From positions 177,086 through 241,085 of the forward strand of contig CAVWBF010000022.1 of NCBI GenBank assembly GCA_963753085.1: a stretch of DNA of 64,000 nucleotides. The letters are read 5' to 3'. Shown piece by piece: positions 1 to 10,700 of this stretch. The translations under genes were made by a program, and so were the position numbers. The stretch's first letter is position 1. Every line of letters begins with the position of its first letter. The DNA is from an uncultured Spirochaetota bacterium. GTDB taxonomy: Bacteria > Spirochaetota > Spirochaetia > SZUA-6 > Fen-1364. The notes under the pieces are model-generated. The model did no database searches and was not told where the DNA came from. It saw only the letters and a list, made by a program, of their open reading frames with translations.

Positions 1-2005
1 CCTTGTCCTGGAGGCGTGGAGGACATCCCTGCAGGACGAGTTCGACCTCGCGTCACTTGCAATGCTCCTCGGCGAGCTTGCTGCCGGGACGGTCAGGGTG
101 GACGAGGCTGTCACGTCGGCTCCCTCGCCGTTCTGCGGGAGCATTGCATGGAAGCAGACGAACACGTTCATGTACGCCGACGATACTCCGGCGGGAGGGG
201 GCGGGCAGTCGCGCACGCGGGCTGACCTGGTCCGCGAGCTTGCCCTTTCCTCGGAGCTGCGACCGCGCGTAGGGGCGGAGACGGCGCGGATCTTCCAGGC
301 AAAGCTCCAGAGAACAGCGTCCGGGTATGCGCCCCGGGACGTCCGCGAGCTGCTGGACTGGCTGAAGGAAAGAGTGGTCCTGGCGCAGGATGAATGGCTG
401 GAGCTCCTCGAGGCGAGCGCTTCGGACGATGCGACCGCCGCCCAGCTTCGCGAGGTGCTTCTCTCCCGGCTCGTCGAATCGAAGTTTGGCGACATTCCCG
501 TCGTGATGGCACGAGAGCTGGAGCCGCGCATCCGAAAGTCACTTGATCCCGGCGGGGATGAGACGCTCGGAGAGATCGTCTCCCAGTGGCTTCGATGCTT
601 CGGCCCCGTTCCGCCATCCCTCATCTCGAAGACGTTCGGGCTCGACACGGACAGGGTGAATGCGATCCTCGACGACCTCGTGCAGGAAGAGGTGGTCGTG
701 GTGGACAGGCTCCTCGCCGGCTCCGAGGAGCTTCTCATCTGCGACCGGGAAAACCTGGAAGCGCTGCTGAGGATTTCGCGTGCCCGCGCTCGTCCCGTCG
801 TGGAGCCGCTTCCAGCGGAGAGGCTTCCCTATTTTGTCGCGGCGCACCAGGGCCTGGCGCACCGGGGGACAGGCCTGGATGACATGAAGGAGCGGTGGGA
901 AAAGCTGTTCGGCATCTGCCTCCCCGCGCGGCTGTGGGAAGAGGAAGTTTTTCCCGCCCGGCTCGACGCCTACACGGGCCGCTGGCTGGATACCTTGTTT
1001 TCCGAGGCAGGCCTCGTATGGCTCGGGTGCGGAAAGCAGCGCGTCGGCTTCTGCTTCGGTCCCGACGCGGAGCTGTATCGGGCGGATCCGGGCGGGGGAT
1101 CCTCGGCTGAGGTGATTTTTCCAGGTGCCTCGGGAAAGTTCAGCTTCTGGGACCTTGCCGATCACTCGAAGCTGGACACGGGGACGCTCACCGCCCGTCT
1201 CTGGGACCTGGCATGGAAGGGGGAAGTCTCCACGGATTCCTTTCAGCCGCTTCGAAGGGCACTGGCCAGCGGCTTTCAGCCGGAGCAGCCCGGACGCGAG
1301 GGAAAGGGAGCGCGTCACGGCTTTGCCCGGTGGCAGGCCTCGCGTCCGTCGGCCGGGTTCTGGTTTCGCATTCACTCGGAAGGGGAGCGCGACGCTCTTG
1401 ACGAAGAAGAGAACGCGCGCGACCGCATCAGGCAGGTGCTGCAGCGCTACGGCGTGGTGTTTCGCGAGATCCTGGAAGCGGAGCTTCCTCCCCTGAGATG
1501 GTCGCGCCTGTTTCGGAGCCTGCGCCTCATGGAGTTTTCAGGAGAGGTCGTGGCCGGGAGATTTTTCGACGGAGTGCAGGGCCTCCAGTTCGCCTCACCC
1601 GCCGTCGTGGAGTCCCTCGGGGAGCCTCCACGGGAGGAGGCCATCTTCTGGATGAATGCGGCTGACCCTGCGTCCCTGTGCGGCGTGGACATCGAGGGCC
1701 TCAAGGCCATGCTTCCTTCCCGGCTTCCAACCACGCATGTCGTGTTTCACGGTGCCAGGGTTGTCCTGGTCTCCCGGCGCACGGGCCGGGACCTGGAGCT
1801 TCGCGTTCCTCCCGAGGCGCCTCGAATACCCGACTACCTCGGGTTCCTGAAGACTCTCACCTCGCGCGACCAGAGGCCGCTCGCAGCGGTTCACGTTCTG
1901 ACCGTCAACGGGGAGCCGGTGGGGAAGAGCCCGTATCGGCAAAGACTGCTCGATGCGGGTTTCGTGGACGACTACCGGCGCCTGACCCTGCGCGCACGAG
2001 CCTGA
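1..2005 (+). CDS. C-terminal portion of a large Lhr-like ATP-dependent helicase (DEAD/H-associated C-terminal domain). The 5' end lies outside the window.
   Basis: Frame 2 stays open from nt 2 to the stop at 2005, more than 660 aa. The ATG at 62 is internal. Tentatively matched to the C-terminal region of Lhr-type helicases, but no helicase motifs lie inside the window. Confidence 0.4.
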   Translation, partial: LVLEAWRTSLQDEFDLASLAMLLGELAAGTVRVDEAVTSAPSPFCGSIAWKQTNTFMYADDTPAGGGGQSRTRADLVRELALSSELRPRVGAETARIFQAKLQRTASGYAPRDVRELLDWLKERVVLAQDEWLELLEASASDDATAAQLREVLLSRLVESKFGDIPVVMARELEPRIRKSLDPGGDETLGEIVSQWLRCFGPVPPSLISKTFGLDTDRVNAILDDLVQEEVVVVDRLLAGSEELLICDRENLEALLRISRARARPVVEPLPAERLPYFVAAHQGLAHRGTGLDDMKERWEKLFGICLPARLWEEEVFPARLDAYTGRWLDTLFSEAGLVWLGCGKQRVGFCFGPDAELYRADPGGGSSAEVIFPGASGKFSFWDLADHSKLDTGTLTARLWDLAWKGEVSTDSFQPLRRALASGFQPEQPGREGKGARHGFARWQASRPSAGFWFRIHSEGERDALDEEENARDRIRQVLQRYGVVFREILEAELPPLRWSRLFRSLRLMEFSGEVVAGRFFDGVQGLQFASPAVVESLGEPPREEAIFWMNAADPASLCGVDIEGLKAMLPSRLPTTHVVFHGARVVLVSRRTGRDLELRVPPEAPRIPDYLGFLKTLTSRDQRPLAAVHVLTVNGEPVGKSPYRQRLLDAGFVDDYRRLTLRARA

Positions 2006-2027
2006 CCCCCGCGGCGTCGCGAAGGGC

Positions 2028-2678
2028 CTAGAAGGACATCCTCATACCGAAGCCCAGCTTCCCCTCGTCCAGCTCGAAGCCAGGCTGGAAGGTGACCTTG
2101 CCTTCCGCGATGTTCTTCCGCGCCGTCCGCGCGGCGTTGTCCGCTGAGACGTGGCGCAGCACGATGTCAAGGATCATGCCGCCGGCCAGCACGCCTGCAA
2201 GTGGGAGATAGGAGAGCAGGCTGTTCGATCCCCACGCGGTTTGAATGCTGGAAAGCGGAGCGTTCAGGTAATCCAGGGAGCCGAACTGCACGTTCGCCGG
2301 CAGAACGAAGTAGGCGCTCACGAGCGTCCCGGCCAGCACCGTCACGTCCCACGCCACGAAGAGCCACCCGCCAAGAGTGTCCCCGGTCATGAACTGTCCG
2401 ACTCCCGGAAGGACAAATGACGCGGCCCTGGCCCGCGCGACGTAGCGGTCCTTTTGTGCCGCAATGGCAAGGTGCGTTGTGATCTTCTGCAGGTCGCTCA
2501 CGGTCATGGATCCGACCTGGGGGGATGAAAGCTCGGCGGCTGCCGCGGCAAGCTCCTGCTCCACGTACGAGGTCACGTCCGTGGACGGAAGCGTTGCTGC
2601 CGGGGCAGGCGACGTCTGCCCGAACGCGGCGCTCCCCGCGGCGCAGGCAAGGAAGACGGTGACAAGCAGGTTTTTCAT
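2028..2678 (-). CDS. Hypothetical secreted protein or lipoprotein
   Basis: 216-aa ORF with an N-terminal signal peptide (MKNLLVTVFLACAAGSAAFG). It converges on the upstream gene and has no recognisable catalytic motifs. Confidence 0.45.
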   Translation of the reverse strand: MKNLLVTVFLACAAGSAAFGQTSPAPAATLPSTDVTSYVEQELAAAAAELSSPQVGSMTVSDLQKITTHLAIAAQKDRYVARARAASFVLPGVGQFMTGDTLGGWLFVAWDVTVLAGTLVSAYFVLPANVQFGSLDYLNAPLSSIQTAWGSNSLLSYLPLAGVLAGGMILDIVLRHVSADNAARTARKNIAEGKVTFQPGFELDEGKLGFGMRMSF

Positions 2679-2745
2679 GAGACCCCTCCTTTGCGTCGCA
2701 TGATACAGCGCGCGAAAGGGAGGGGCAAAGGGGTGTCGGAGGGCG

Positions 2746-3573
2746 CTACTCTCTTCTCACGGGGAGGGGATACTCGAAGACGTCCTCGCCGTCGAGGTAG
2801 AGGACGGCGGTATAGGTGCCCCGCACGGCCAGGGGAACGTCCCGGAAGGAATCGGTGAGCAGCTGGAGCTTCCCGTACTTTGAGCGGATGGCCTGCGGGG
2901 CGGAGGAAGCAATGGGCACGCCGGTGGGGTCAAGGATCTCGATGCGCTGCTCATGGCTGCCTTCTCCGGAAAACCAGAGCGTCACGAGGTCAAAGCTGTC
3001 ATGCGCGGGAAAGCGCGGGAACGCGAAGAGAGCGGGAATCCCATCCACGGATGCGTTTCCTGCCTGGTCCAGGGACCCTTTTTCCGCGGGGACCGACAGG
3101 ACGAGCTCCGGAGTGTCAGGATAGGAATCATCCACATTGACGAACAGCGAGTATTCCGCGGCCAGGTCCCCGTCCAGGGTCACTTCCACGGCGTACGTTC
3201 CTCCCTGGGGGAAGGTCGCGTGCGGGAAGGTCTGCACGAAGGTCGTCACGGTGTCCGGCGAGAACTCGATCTCCCTGGTCGTCTCCGTCACCGTCTCCTC
3301 CGTGTCCATGTTCCAGATGGAGACGCCGATCTCGTGGCTCCCGGCGCCGTCCCAGCGGGTGTACACGCAGACGGCCTCCGTGTGCGGGAACTCCACCGCG
3401 CGAGATGCATGATGGATGCCTTCCAGGATGATCCTGCCCGCATCGTCCTGGCTGATGGCCCTGGCAACGGCAAGCCCGAGGAACTCGCCGTCCGCCCGGG
3501 CCGTCATGGGCATTCCCGTGAGCGCCAGTATGAGAAAAAAAGGAACCGAAAGAGCAGACCCGGCTCGACCCAT
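2746..3573 (-). CDS. Hypothetical secreted protein
   Basis: 275-aa ORF with an N-terminal signal peptide (LSVPFFLILALTGMPMTARA). Codon usage is consistent with the neighbouring genes. Confidence 0.45.
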   Translation of the reverse strand: MGRAGSALSVPFFLILALTGMPMTARADGEFLGLAVARAISQDDAGRIILEGIHHASRAVEFPHTEAVCVYTRWDGAGSHEIGVSIWNMDTEETVTETTREIEFSPDTVTTFVQTFPHATFPQGGTYAVEVTLDGDLAAEYSLFVNVDDSYPDTPELVLSVPAEKGSLDQAGNASVDGIPALFAFPRFPAHDSFDLVTLWFSGEGSHEQRIEILDPTGVPIASSAPQAIRSKYGKLQLLTDSFRDVPLAVRGTYTAVLYLDGEDVFEYPLPVRRE

Positions 3574-3697
3574 GGGCGAAAGCTCCTGAGGTTTCCCGGC
3601 TTCCCTCTCCCTCTCAAGGATAGAAAGGGGGTGGTGCGGCTGTCAAGTTTTTCCGTCTCCGTCTTTCCGTTTCCGTGCATCGAGCGGTGGGCGCCCG

Positions 3698-5296
3698 TCA
3701 GGCGCGAGGACTGTGGGGAATGCTCAGGATGAACCTGCTGCCCTTTCCCAGCTCGCTCTCCACCGTGATGGATCCGCCGTGGGCCCGCGCAATGCTCTTT
3801 ACGATGGCCAGGCCCAGCCCGGAACCTTCAGACTCCGCATTCCGGCCGCGGTAGAACCGTTCGAAGACAAGGGGGAGGTCCTGCGGCGCGATGCCCGGTC
3901 CGTCGTCGCTCACCTCGAACACAACGGCTGCAACCTGCTGCGTGACTTTCACGTGCACGGTCCCGCCCTGCCCGCTGAACTTCACCGCGTTCGCGACGAG
4001 GTTCGACAGGGCCATCTCCACGCGGTTACGGTCGCAGGAAAGGATGATCCCGCGCTCCGCTGCGTCAACGGAGATCGTGACGCCCTTTTCCCGGGCCCGC
4101 GCGCGAAAGCCGGCAATCGCCGCCTCCACGATATCGGCTGCCCGGTACGAGTCTATGGAAAGGGAGGCGATCCCGGCGTCCAGGCGCGAAAGGTCGAGAA
4201 GGTTCTCCGTGATCCAGCGGAGCCTGGCAAGCTGGGCCTGGCTCTCGTTGAGAAACTCCTCGCGGGCCGCGGGGTCCTGAGAGGCGCTTCCCAGGAGCAG
4301 CTCGTTGAACGTTGCGAGGGCGGTGACAGGGGTTCGAAGCTCGTGGGAGGCGTCCGCAATGAACCTCTTGAGCGCGTCCCGCTCCTGGCGAAGGTCCTGG
4401 AAGCTCGCCTCGAGGTTCCCCGCCATCGTGTTGAGCTGGCCGGCCAGGGCGCCGATCTCGTCCCTGCGACCCACCTCCGCACGCGCGCCAAGGTCTCCGT
4501 CCGCCATGCGGCGAGCGGTTGATGCCAGCGCGCGAAGCGGGTCGGAGAGGGTCTTTCCCATGAGGAGACCGAATGCAACGGCGATGAGCAGGGAGCCGAG
4601 GCCGGAAAGGAGGACCGCGTCCCTCATGGTCCTCATGGCCTCGGAGCTCAGGCTGAGCGGGCTGGACAACTCCACGAAGCCAAGGGGGGACTGCTGGTCG
4701 CCGACGGGCAAGGTGACGGTGAGCAGGTGACGGGGAGGAGAGGGAGCGGCGCTCACCGCCGACTCACCCGCTTCCTCCTCGAAGATGAACCTGCGTCCCC
4801 ACGGGGTCAGCACCCGGCGAGCAAACATGCGGGACGTCCCCAGGGGCAGGTCGCGGTACATCGGAAGGAGCTCCCGCGGGCTGGCGGAGCGCGAGCCGGC
4901 CCGGGGCATCGGGAAGATGAACGGACCCGGCTGGTGGCCGCGGGTCTCTATCTCCGCCAGGCCCGACGGTACGAGCCAGAGGAACTCGTCGGCGCGGCCG
5001 GGGTCCCCCGAGTCAGCGTAGACGCTGCGGTCCGCGGCGAGGATCCGGACCCGCGAATCTCCCAGGAATGCGGAGGTGGAGGCGAGATTCTGGAGCGCCA
5101 CGCGGCGCAGGTGAGGCTCGATGAAACGCTGGGCCTGCAGGGCGACCGCTTGCGCGTTCGCCCGCAGGTATTCACCCTCCTGACTCTCCACGTAGCGCTG
5201 AACGAAATACAGGGCAAGCGCTCCCATGAGAGTGACGGAAAGCAGGATCAGGAGCGCATAGCTCCCGACCAGCTTCCAGCGGAGGGTTGTGGTCAT
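3698..5296 (-). CDS. Sensor histidine kinase (TM-HAMP-HisKA-HATPase_c)
   Basis: H-box ASHELRTPVTAL and G2 box GSGLGLAIVKSIARAHGG, with N-terminal TM helices. The start is assigned to the internal Met (MTTTLRWKL), whose ATG overlaps the upstream PDZ gene's stop as TGATG. Confidence 0.85.
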   Translation of the reverse strand: MTTTLRWKLVGSYALLILLSVTLMGALALYFVQRYVESQEGEYLRANAQAVALQAQRFIEPHLRRVALQNLASTSAFLGDSRVRILAADRSVYADSGDPGRADEFLWLVPSGLAEIETRGHQPGPFIFPMPRAGSRSASPRELLPMYRDLPLGTSRMFARRVLTPWGRRFIFEEEAGESAVSAAPSPPRHLLTVTLPVGDQQSPLGFVELSSPLSLSSEAMRTMRDAVLLSGLGSLLIAVAFGLLMGKTLSDPLRALASTARRMADGDLGARAEVGRRDEIGALAGQLNTMAGNLEASFQDLRQERDALKRFIADASHELRTPVTALATFNELLLGSASQDPAAREEFLNESQAQLARLRWITENLLDLSRLDAGIASLSIDSYRAADIVEAAIAGFRARAREKGVTISVDAAERGIILSCDRNRVEMALSNLVANAVKFSGQGGTVHVKVTQQVAAVVFEVSDDGPGIAPQDLPLVFERFYRGRNAESEGSGLGLAIVKSIARAHGGSITVESELGKGSRFILSIPHSPRA

Positions 5297-6100
5297 CAGA
5301 GGGAAGCAGGGGGCAGCTCGGCCCGGGGCATGGGGACCTGTGCCGTCGGGAAGCCCATCATGTACTCGACTCCGAGCCACGGCTTCTTCGTCTCAGGGCT
5401 GGCTCCCAGGGTCACCTTCAGCTCCCGCGGAGCCTTGCCGGCGGCCGGCCTGCGTTCCCGCACGGACAGCGTGACCGTATCTCCGGTCTTCTTTTCCTGG
5501 ATCAGGGAGCCCAGGGCGTGGTCCTGGTCCACGGCGATCCCGTCAACGGACAGGATGATGTCGCCCTTCCTCAGGCCCGCCTTTTCGGCCGGGCCGCCGG
5601 GCAGCAACCCGGGCGACGAGCGCGCCTTCGGAAAACGTCCAGGGCCATTCGCGGTCCCCCGGACCTCTCATCGCCATGCGCTCGCGGCCTTCCGGGAACA
5701 GGAGGACGCCCAGGTAGGCGCGTCCGCCCTGCCCGCCCAGCGCGACGGAAACGGTCTTTTCCGAGTCGCCGTGGCGAACCTTCAGGGCGACCGTGTCGCC
5801 CTCCTTGTGGGAGATGATGGCTTTCCTGACATCGATCTGCGTGTTCACGGCTGTGCCGGCCACGTCGAGGATGATGTCTCCCCGCGCGATGCCTGCCTTG
5901 TCGGCAGGGCTGCCGGGCTCCACGGAAACGACGACGACACCTGGCTCTGACGGGTGGCCGGGGCTGCCGCTCGGGGCGGAGCTGGCCTGGGAAAAACCAA
6001 GCACCGCCGTGGATGCCAGAAGGACCGCGGCAATGAGAAGCGCGCGGCGCGCTTTCGTTTTTGGAATGTTTGGAATGATTCGTCTGAATCGATGTGCCAT
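5296..6100 (-). pseudogene. Membrane-anchored tandem-PDZ protein, interrupted by an apparent +1 frameshift near 5600
   Basis: ORF 5543..6100 carries a TM helix and PDZ domain 1 (GSPADKAGIARGDIIL). Overlapping ORF 5296..5607 carries PDZ domain 2 (LPGGPAEKAGLRKGDIIL). Joining the frames at ...GALVARV|LPGGPAEKAG restores a canonical PDZ fold, which implies one extra base in the sequence. Confidence 0.55.
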
Positions 6101-6159
6101 GAGGTGTACCTCCGGCTCCTAAGCTACACCCGGACGGTTACCATGGCTTTAAAGCCAGG

Positions 6160-6891
6160 TTAAACTTCGTTAACATTCCGCTTCTGCGTGAACATGTAGC
6201 CCGTGCCTCGCACCGTGACCAGCCAGCGCGGGCTGGCCGGGTCTTCCTCGAGCTTCTCCCGCAGATGGCGCATGTGCACGTCCACTGTCCGTTGGGAGTC
6301 CACCGAGCTCTCGTAACCCCAGACAAGCTCCAGGAGCGAATCACGGCTGAAGACCTGCTCCGGGTTCGTGACCAGATGACGGAGGAGACGATACTCCGTG
6401 GGCGTGAGCGGCACGCCGCGGTCTCCGCGCTCAACGCGCATCCCCCGCAGATCCACGCGCACGTCCCCGAATGTCACTTTCTCCGAGCCTGCCGGCGATG
6501 CCAGCTCCCCGTAGGCCCGGCGCATCGCGGCACGCACGCGCGACAGGAGCTCCCGGAAGCTGAACGGCTTGACGATGTAGTCATCGGCGCCCAGCTCCAG
6601 GCCGACGATCTTGTCCACTTCCTCGTCGCGGGCCGTCACCATGAGGATGGGCAGCGTGCGTCCTTCTTCCCGCAGCGTCCTGCACACGTCGAACCCGCTC
6701 ATGTCGGGAAGCCGGATATCGAGGAGGATGAGCTGGGGGAGGTCCCGCGGGTTCTTCCCGCGCGCCAGCTCGAGGGCACGCTTTCCGGTGGTCGCAAGGA
6801 CCACCGTGAACCCTTCCGCCTTCAGGCCGTATTCCAGGCCCCGGGCAACGGAAGGCTCATCCTCCACGACGAGAATCGTTTCGCCGGGCAT
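6160..6891 (-). CDS. OmpR/PhoB-family response regulator (receiver plus winged-helix)
   Basis: Receiver motifs VVEDEP...LLDIRLPDMSGF...KPF, and a C-terminal winged helix (LTPTEYRLLRHL...VRGTGYMF). First gene of the RR-PDZ-HK string. Confidence 0.9.
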   Translation of the reverse strand: MPGETILVVEDEPSVARGLEYGLKAEGFTVVLATTGKRALELARGKNPRDLPQLILLDIRLPDMSGFDVCRTLREEGRTLPILMVTARDEEVDKIVGLELGADDYIVKPFSFRELLSRVRAAMRRAYGELASPAGSEKVTFGDVRVDLRGMRVERGDRGVPLTPTEYRLLRHLVTNPEQVFSRDSLLELVWGYESSVDSQRTVDVHMRHLREKLEEDPASPRWLVTVRGTGYMFTQKRNVNEV

Positions 6892-6947
6892 CGAGGAACT
6901 ATACTAACACGCCGGAGACGCCGGAGGAAGGACTCTTCGCGCGAGCC

Positions 6948-7040
6948 CAGCAGTTCTCATTTTGCACCTTCGAGCTTTTCGCATGTCGGCAGCTCTGCCG
7001 GATTCAGGACCTTTTCGATGGGGCAAAATGAGAACTGCTG
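6948..7040. repeat. Perfect 18-bp inverted repeat (CAGCAGTTCTCATTTTGC / GCAAAATGAGAACTGCTG) separated by 57 nt, in a divergent intergenic region
   Basis: Read directly from the sequence. The 57-nt spacer contains a nested CGGCAG..CTGCCG hairpin. The element lies between the RR start (6891) and the FecR-like gene (7135). Confidence 0.5.
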
Positions 7041-7134
7041 CCCAGGAGACGCAAAGTGAGATCTGCTGGTGCGAGCCGGACCGGGACTTTACACGCCGCT
7101 CTCCTCACCATAGATTCAGGGGGGGGGTGAAACT

Positions 7135-7785
7135 GTGAGAAAGATCTTCCTCTGTGCATGTGTTCTTCTTGCAGCTTGCGGATTGTCTTTCGCTCAGACC
7201 GGACAGCCCGGCGCGAAGGTCCCCACGGTTACCTACCTCGAAGGGACTGTCACGATCGACGGGTCCCCTGCGGGGATCGGGGACACGGTTCCGCTGGGCT
7301 CCGTTGTGGCGACTTCCGCGGCTTCCCTGGTGGACATCGAGTTCAACGCGAGGAACGCCGTCAGGCTCTCGGAGAACACGACCCTCGTCTTCAACCCCCG
7401 CAACTTCCAGTCGGGCAGCGAGCTCCGCCAGGGAGCGCTGACCCTCGTGCTGAAGCAGCTTTCCCGAGGCGCCGGCGGGGAAGGCTTCCTGGTTCGAACC
7501 CCCAGCGCCGTGGCGGGCGTGCGCGGGACGAGCTTCTTCATGAAGGTGGAAAGCCCGACGAGCACGTACGTCTGCGCATGCAACGGGGCCGTCCAGGTGC
7601 TCGGCGCGGACGGCTCGCTCCTCAAGGACCTGGTGGGCAGCCATCACCGGGGTGCGCGGATCCAGCAGGCGGGAGCCACTCCGCAGCTGACGGACGCCCC
7701 CCTCTTGTATCACACTGACGCGGACCTGGAAAAAGTGGCGGCTGACATCGGGTACAAGATCGACTGGAACGTGGTGGATCACTGA
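7135..7785 (+). CDS. FecR-domain lipoprotein
   Basis: GTG start. Lipoprotein signal with lipobox (LLAACG). Pattern TVTYLEGTVTIDG...VRLSENTTL matches the FecR/anti-sigma sensor fold. A G9 tract lies immediately upstream. Confidence 0.55.
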   Translation: MRKIFLCACVLLAACGLSFAQTGQPGAKVPTVTYLEGTVTIDGSPAGIGDTVPLGSVVATSAASLVDIEFNARNAVRLSENTTLVFNPRNFQSGSELRQGALTLVLKQLSRGAGGEGFLVRTPSAVAGVRGTSFFMKVESPTSTYVCACNGAVQVLGADGSLLKDLVGSHHRGARIQQAGATPQLTDAPLLYHTDADLEKVAADIGYKIDWNVVDH

Positions 7786-7797
7786 TCAGCGGACGGC

Positions 7798-10700
7798 TTA
7801 CGTCCCCGTCTTCCCGTGCGCGCCCCGCAGCCATGATGGGACCTCGCTCGAAGCCTGCTGCCCTGGGGATCCAACGGGCGGCCCGCCCGCATTGCTCTGC
7901 CCGCCCGCAGCATTACTTTGCCCGCTCGCGATGCCCTGCGACCCGATGCTGAGATAGACCCCGATGTCGCGGTCCGGCTGGAATGTGCCGGGCGCGGATG
8001 TGTTGATCCTTGCAGCCACACCAACCAGTGCTCCAAAAGGAATTGCATTGAAGACCATCTGAAACGCCAGGTCCCCTCCCACGTAGAGGGAGGGATCCAG
8101 GCTGAGGTCCTGGAATGGGGCGCTCCATCGGCCGATGCCCTCCACGTGCAGGGCAAGCCCCGCTCCCGTGGAGGAAATGCTGAATGCCAGCGGCTGGTCG
8201 AAAAGAGCAATCGGAATTGCATAGTCGATGCTGGCAACGGCCTGACCGGGAACGCTTCGCGTGGAGGGTCCCGGGAATCCCCGGGGAACGGCAAAGGAAT
8301 CGGTGTACTGGGTGAAGGGCCCGCCAAACACCTCGGTGGCCTTGACTCCGAGCTTGATCACCTGGTGGGGGAACACGGACGGCACGTTCAGGCCGACCTG
8401 GAAGAGGAAATCGCTTTCAGGAGCCGGATAGCTCAGGACGGGAAGCCGCGTGGCGTTCTGCACCTGCCCGCTCAGCGCAAAAGGGGAATTGAAGTCGATT
8501 GCTCCGCCCACGTGCTCGAGCTGCCAGGAAACGCCGCTCGTGACAAAGAGGCCGTTCTGCCAGCCGCCAGACAGGAGTCCTGTCGAATCCGCAAACGTGA
8601 AAGGCGTGGAGGAGTCGAGCTCTGCCAGATGCTCCAGGCCGAGTGACACGGCGAAGAACCTGCTCACATCGAAGCCCGTGCTGTTGATGACGGGAAGGGT
8701 AAGGGAGACGTTGCTCGTGACGGTCTGGGAATAGTTGCTCGAGTACTGGTAGACGAGCTGGCTTTGAACGCCCGCGAGAAACGGGCCCACGACCGACGTG
8801 ACGGTGAGGTCCGCAAAAGGTTGCCGCGAAGCAAAAAACCAGCCGGCGTCGGCAAGCCATGTCGTGGTGCCCAGAAGCGACGCCCCGTACGCCGCCGCGC
8901 CCAGGCCAAGCTCCACTCCCTGCCCCCCGGGAGCTGTCACGGTGACCGAAGGGTAGGGCAGCCAGAGAAGCGGACCCGGCCAGTCATGGTAGGGGCGCGA
9001 GGCTGACGCCGCGCCCGTCCAGCTGTACGCCGCGGGGTATTCCTGCCGCGCCAGCAGGTCCTGGGCCAGGGGCTCTGCTTTCAGGCTTTCCAGGGGAACG
9101 CTTTTCAGGCACCACCCGTCGCTCGAGTAGCTGGAATACAAAAGCGCGTCTCCGTTGGGAATGCCCGAGATGGCGGCAACGGGGTCATCGACCACCCGTG
9201 CCACCTCTTTCGATGCAAGGTCCGCGCGATACAGGGAGAGGCTGCCGTCGCGGTCTGACGAAAACAGCAGGGTGTCGTTGTCAAGGAAGGAAGGAAAGTA
9301 TTCCCCGAAAGGGTCAGGCCCGAGAACCGGCGTCGCCGCGTCCTGGCTCACGTCCGTGACACGAGACCGGATGTCCGGCAGGGCAGCGCCATCCTGCCGA
9401 AGCCCCTGGTAGTCCGCCACGTACACGTCCTGGAACCCGCGCACGTTGAGCGTAAACGCAAGACGGCGCCCGTCAGGAGAGAAAGCGGGCGTGTACACGT
9501 TTGCCTCCGAGCGGGAGAAGAGGACCCGAAGGCTTCCGGTCTCCTGGTCAACGGAGACGATGCGCGAATATGGACCGCTTCCCTGCACCGCCACAAGCGC
9601 GGTGCCGTCCTGCGACACGCAGGGCTGCCAGATGTGCGCCCCGTGAGTGAGCTGTCGCAACCGACCCGTGTCAACGTCCAGCCGGTAGAGGTCTGATATC
9701 TCCTGCTCGTCAACGGGATCTATCCACGTTACGGCCTGCGAGGTGAAGTAAAGCGTCTTTCCGTCCCCGGTGGCGGTGAATGAAAGGCCGTCGTCGATCA
9801 CTGCGTGGAGGATCTCCTCCTTGCCGCTTGCCGGGTCATACCGAACGATGGCCGGAAAGTGGTCCTGCGACGTGTGATACACGTAGAGCCCCCGCGCCGT
9901 TGCCTGCGGATGGATCCAGTCTCCCGGCTTTCTCGGCGTAATGAGAGAACCGGCGGGGATGCCCGTGTCCGGCCGGTATTTTTCCTCCAGGTGTTTTTTC
10001 AGAGAGTCGAACACCTCGGAGGCACTCTTGCCGGTGACCTTGCTGATTGCGCTCCAGGGCCCGAAGAAGGGAAAGCGCAGGTACGCGTCCATGATCCTTT
10101 GAAACGCATCCCGTCCGTACATGGAAAGGAGGAAATCCACGAGGATATAGCCGCCCACGTAGATGCGCCCCGGAGGCGGAAAGGAGGAGCCATATGCCGC
10201 CTGCTCCAGGCTGAAGAGCTTTCCCTCTTCCACGGGAGCCTTGGAGTACATCTCGAACAACGGGTTTCTCCCCCGTCCCCCGGCGGTGAAGATCGTCTCA
10301 GTGTTCGTGCTTGGTCCCTCGATCATCCATCCGGGGAGGAACGCGAAATGAGCGCCGGCCGCATCGGGTCCGAAAACGCGTGAGAGGGCGTAGAAGAACC
10401 CCCGGTCCATGGATGCATGGACGTAATGGGTCAGCTCGTGCGTGAGGAGGATCTTGAGCCAGCTCTCCGTCCTGGCCCCCAGGAAGTGATCTGTCGGCGC
10501 TGTCAGGTACAGCTCGATGTGAGGCGGCAGGAACGTCGTGAATCCGTTTGCCTCGTCGATTCGACCGCGGATGACAACGCGGACCTTCTTCGGATACGAA
10601 TGGAAGAAACCGGTAATACGCTGGTAGACGGGCTCACAGAACGTGAGAAGCTCATCCACGGAATGGCGATCCCGGGGCTCGAAGACAAAGAGAAAATGCT

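Noticed and set aside
5543-5607. Treating the two PDZ ORFs as two genuinely separate overlapping genes
   Set aside because: The 65-nt overlap, together with the perfect reconstitution of a PDZ fold when the frames are joined, makes a single frameshifted gene, or a sequencing error, far more likely.
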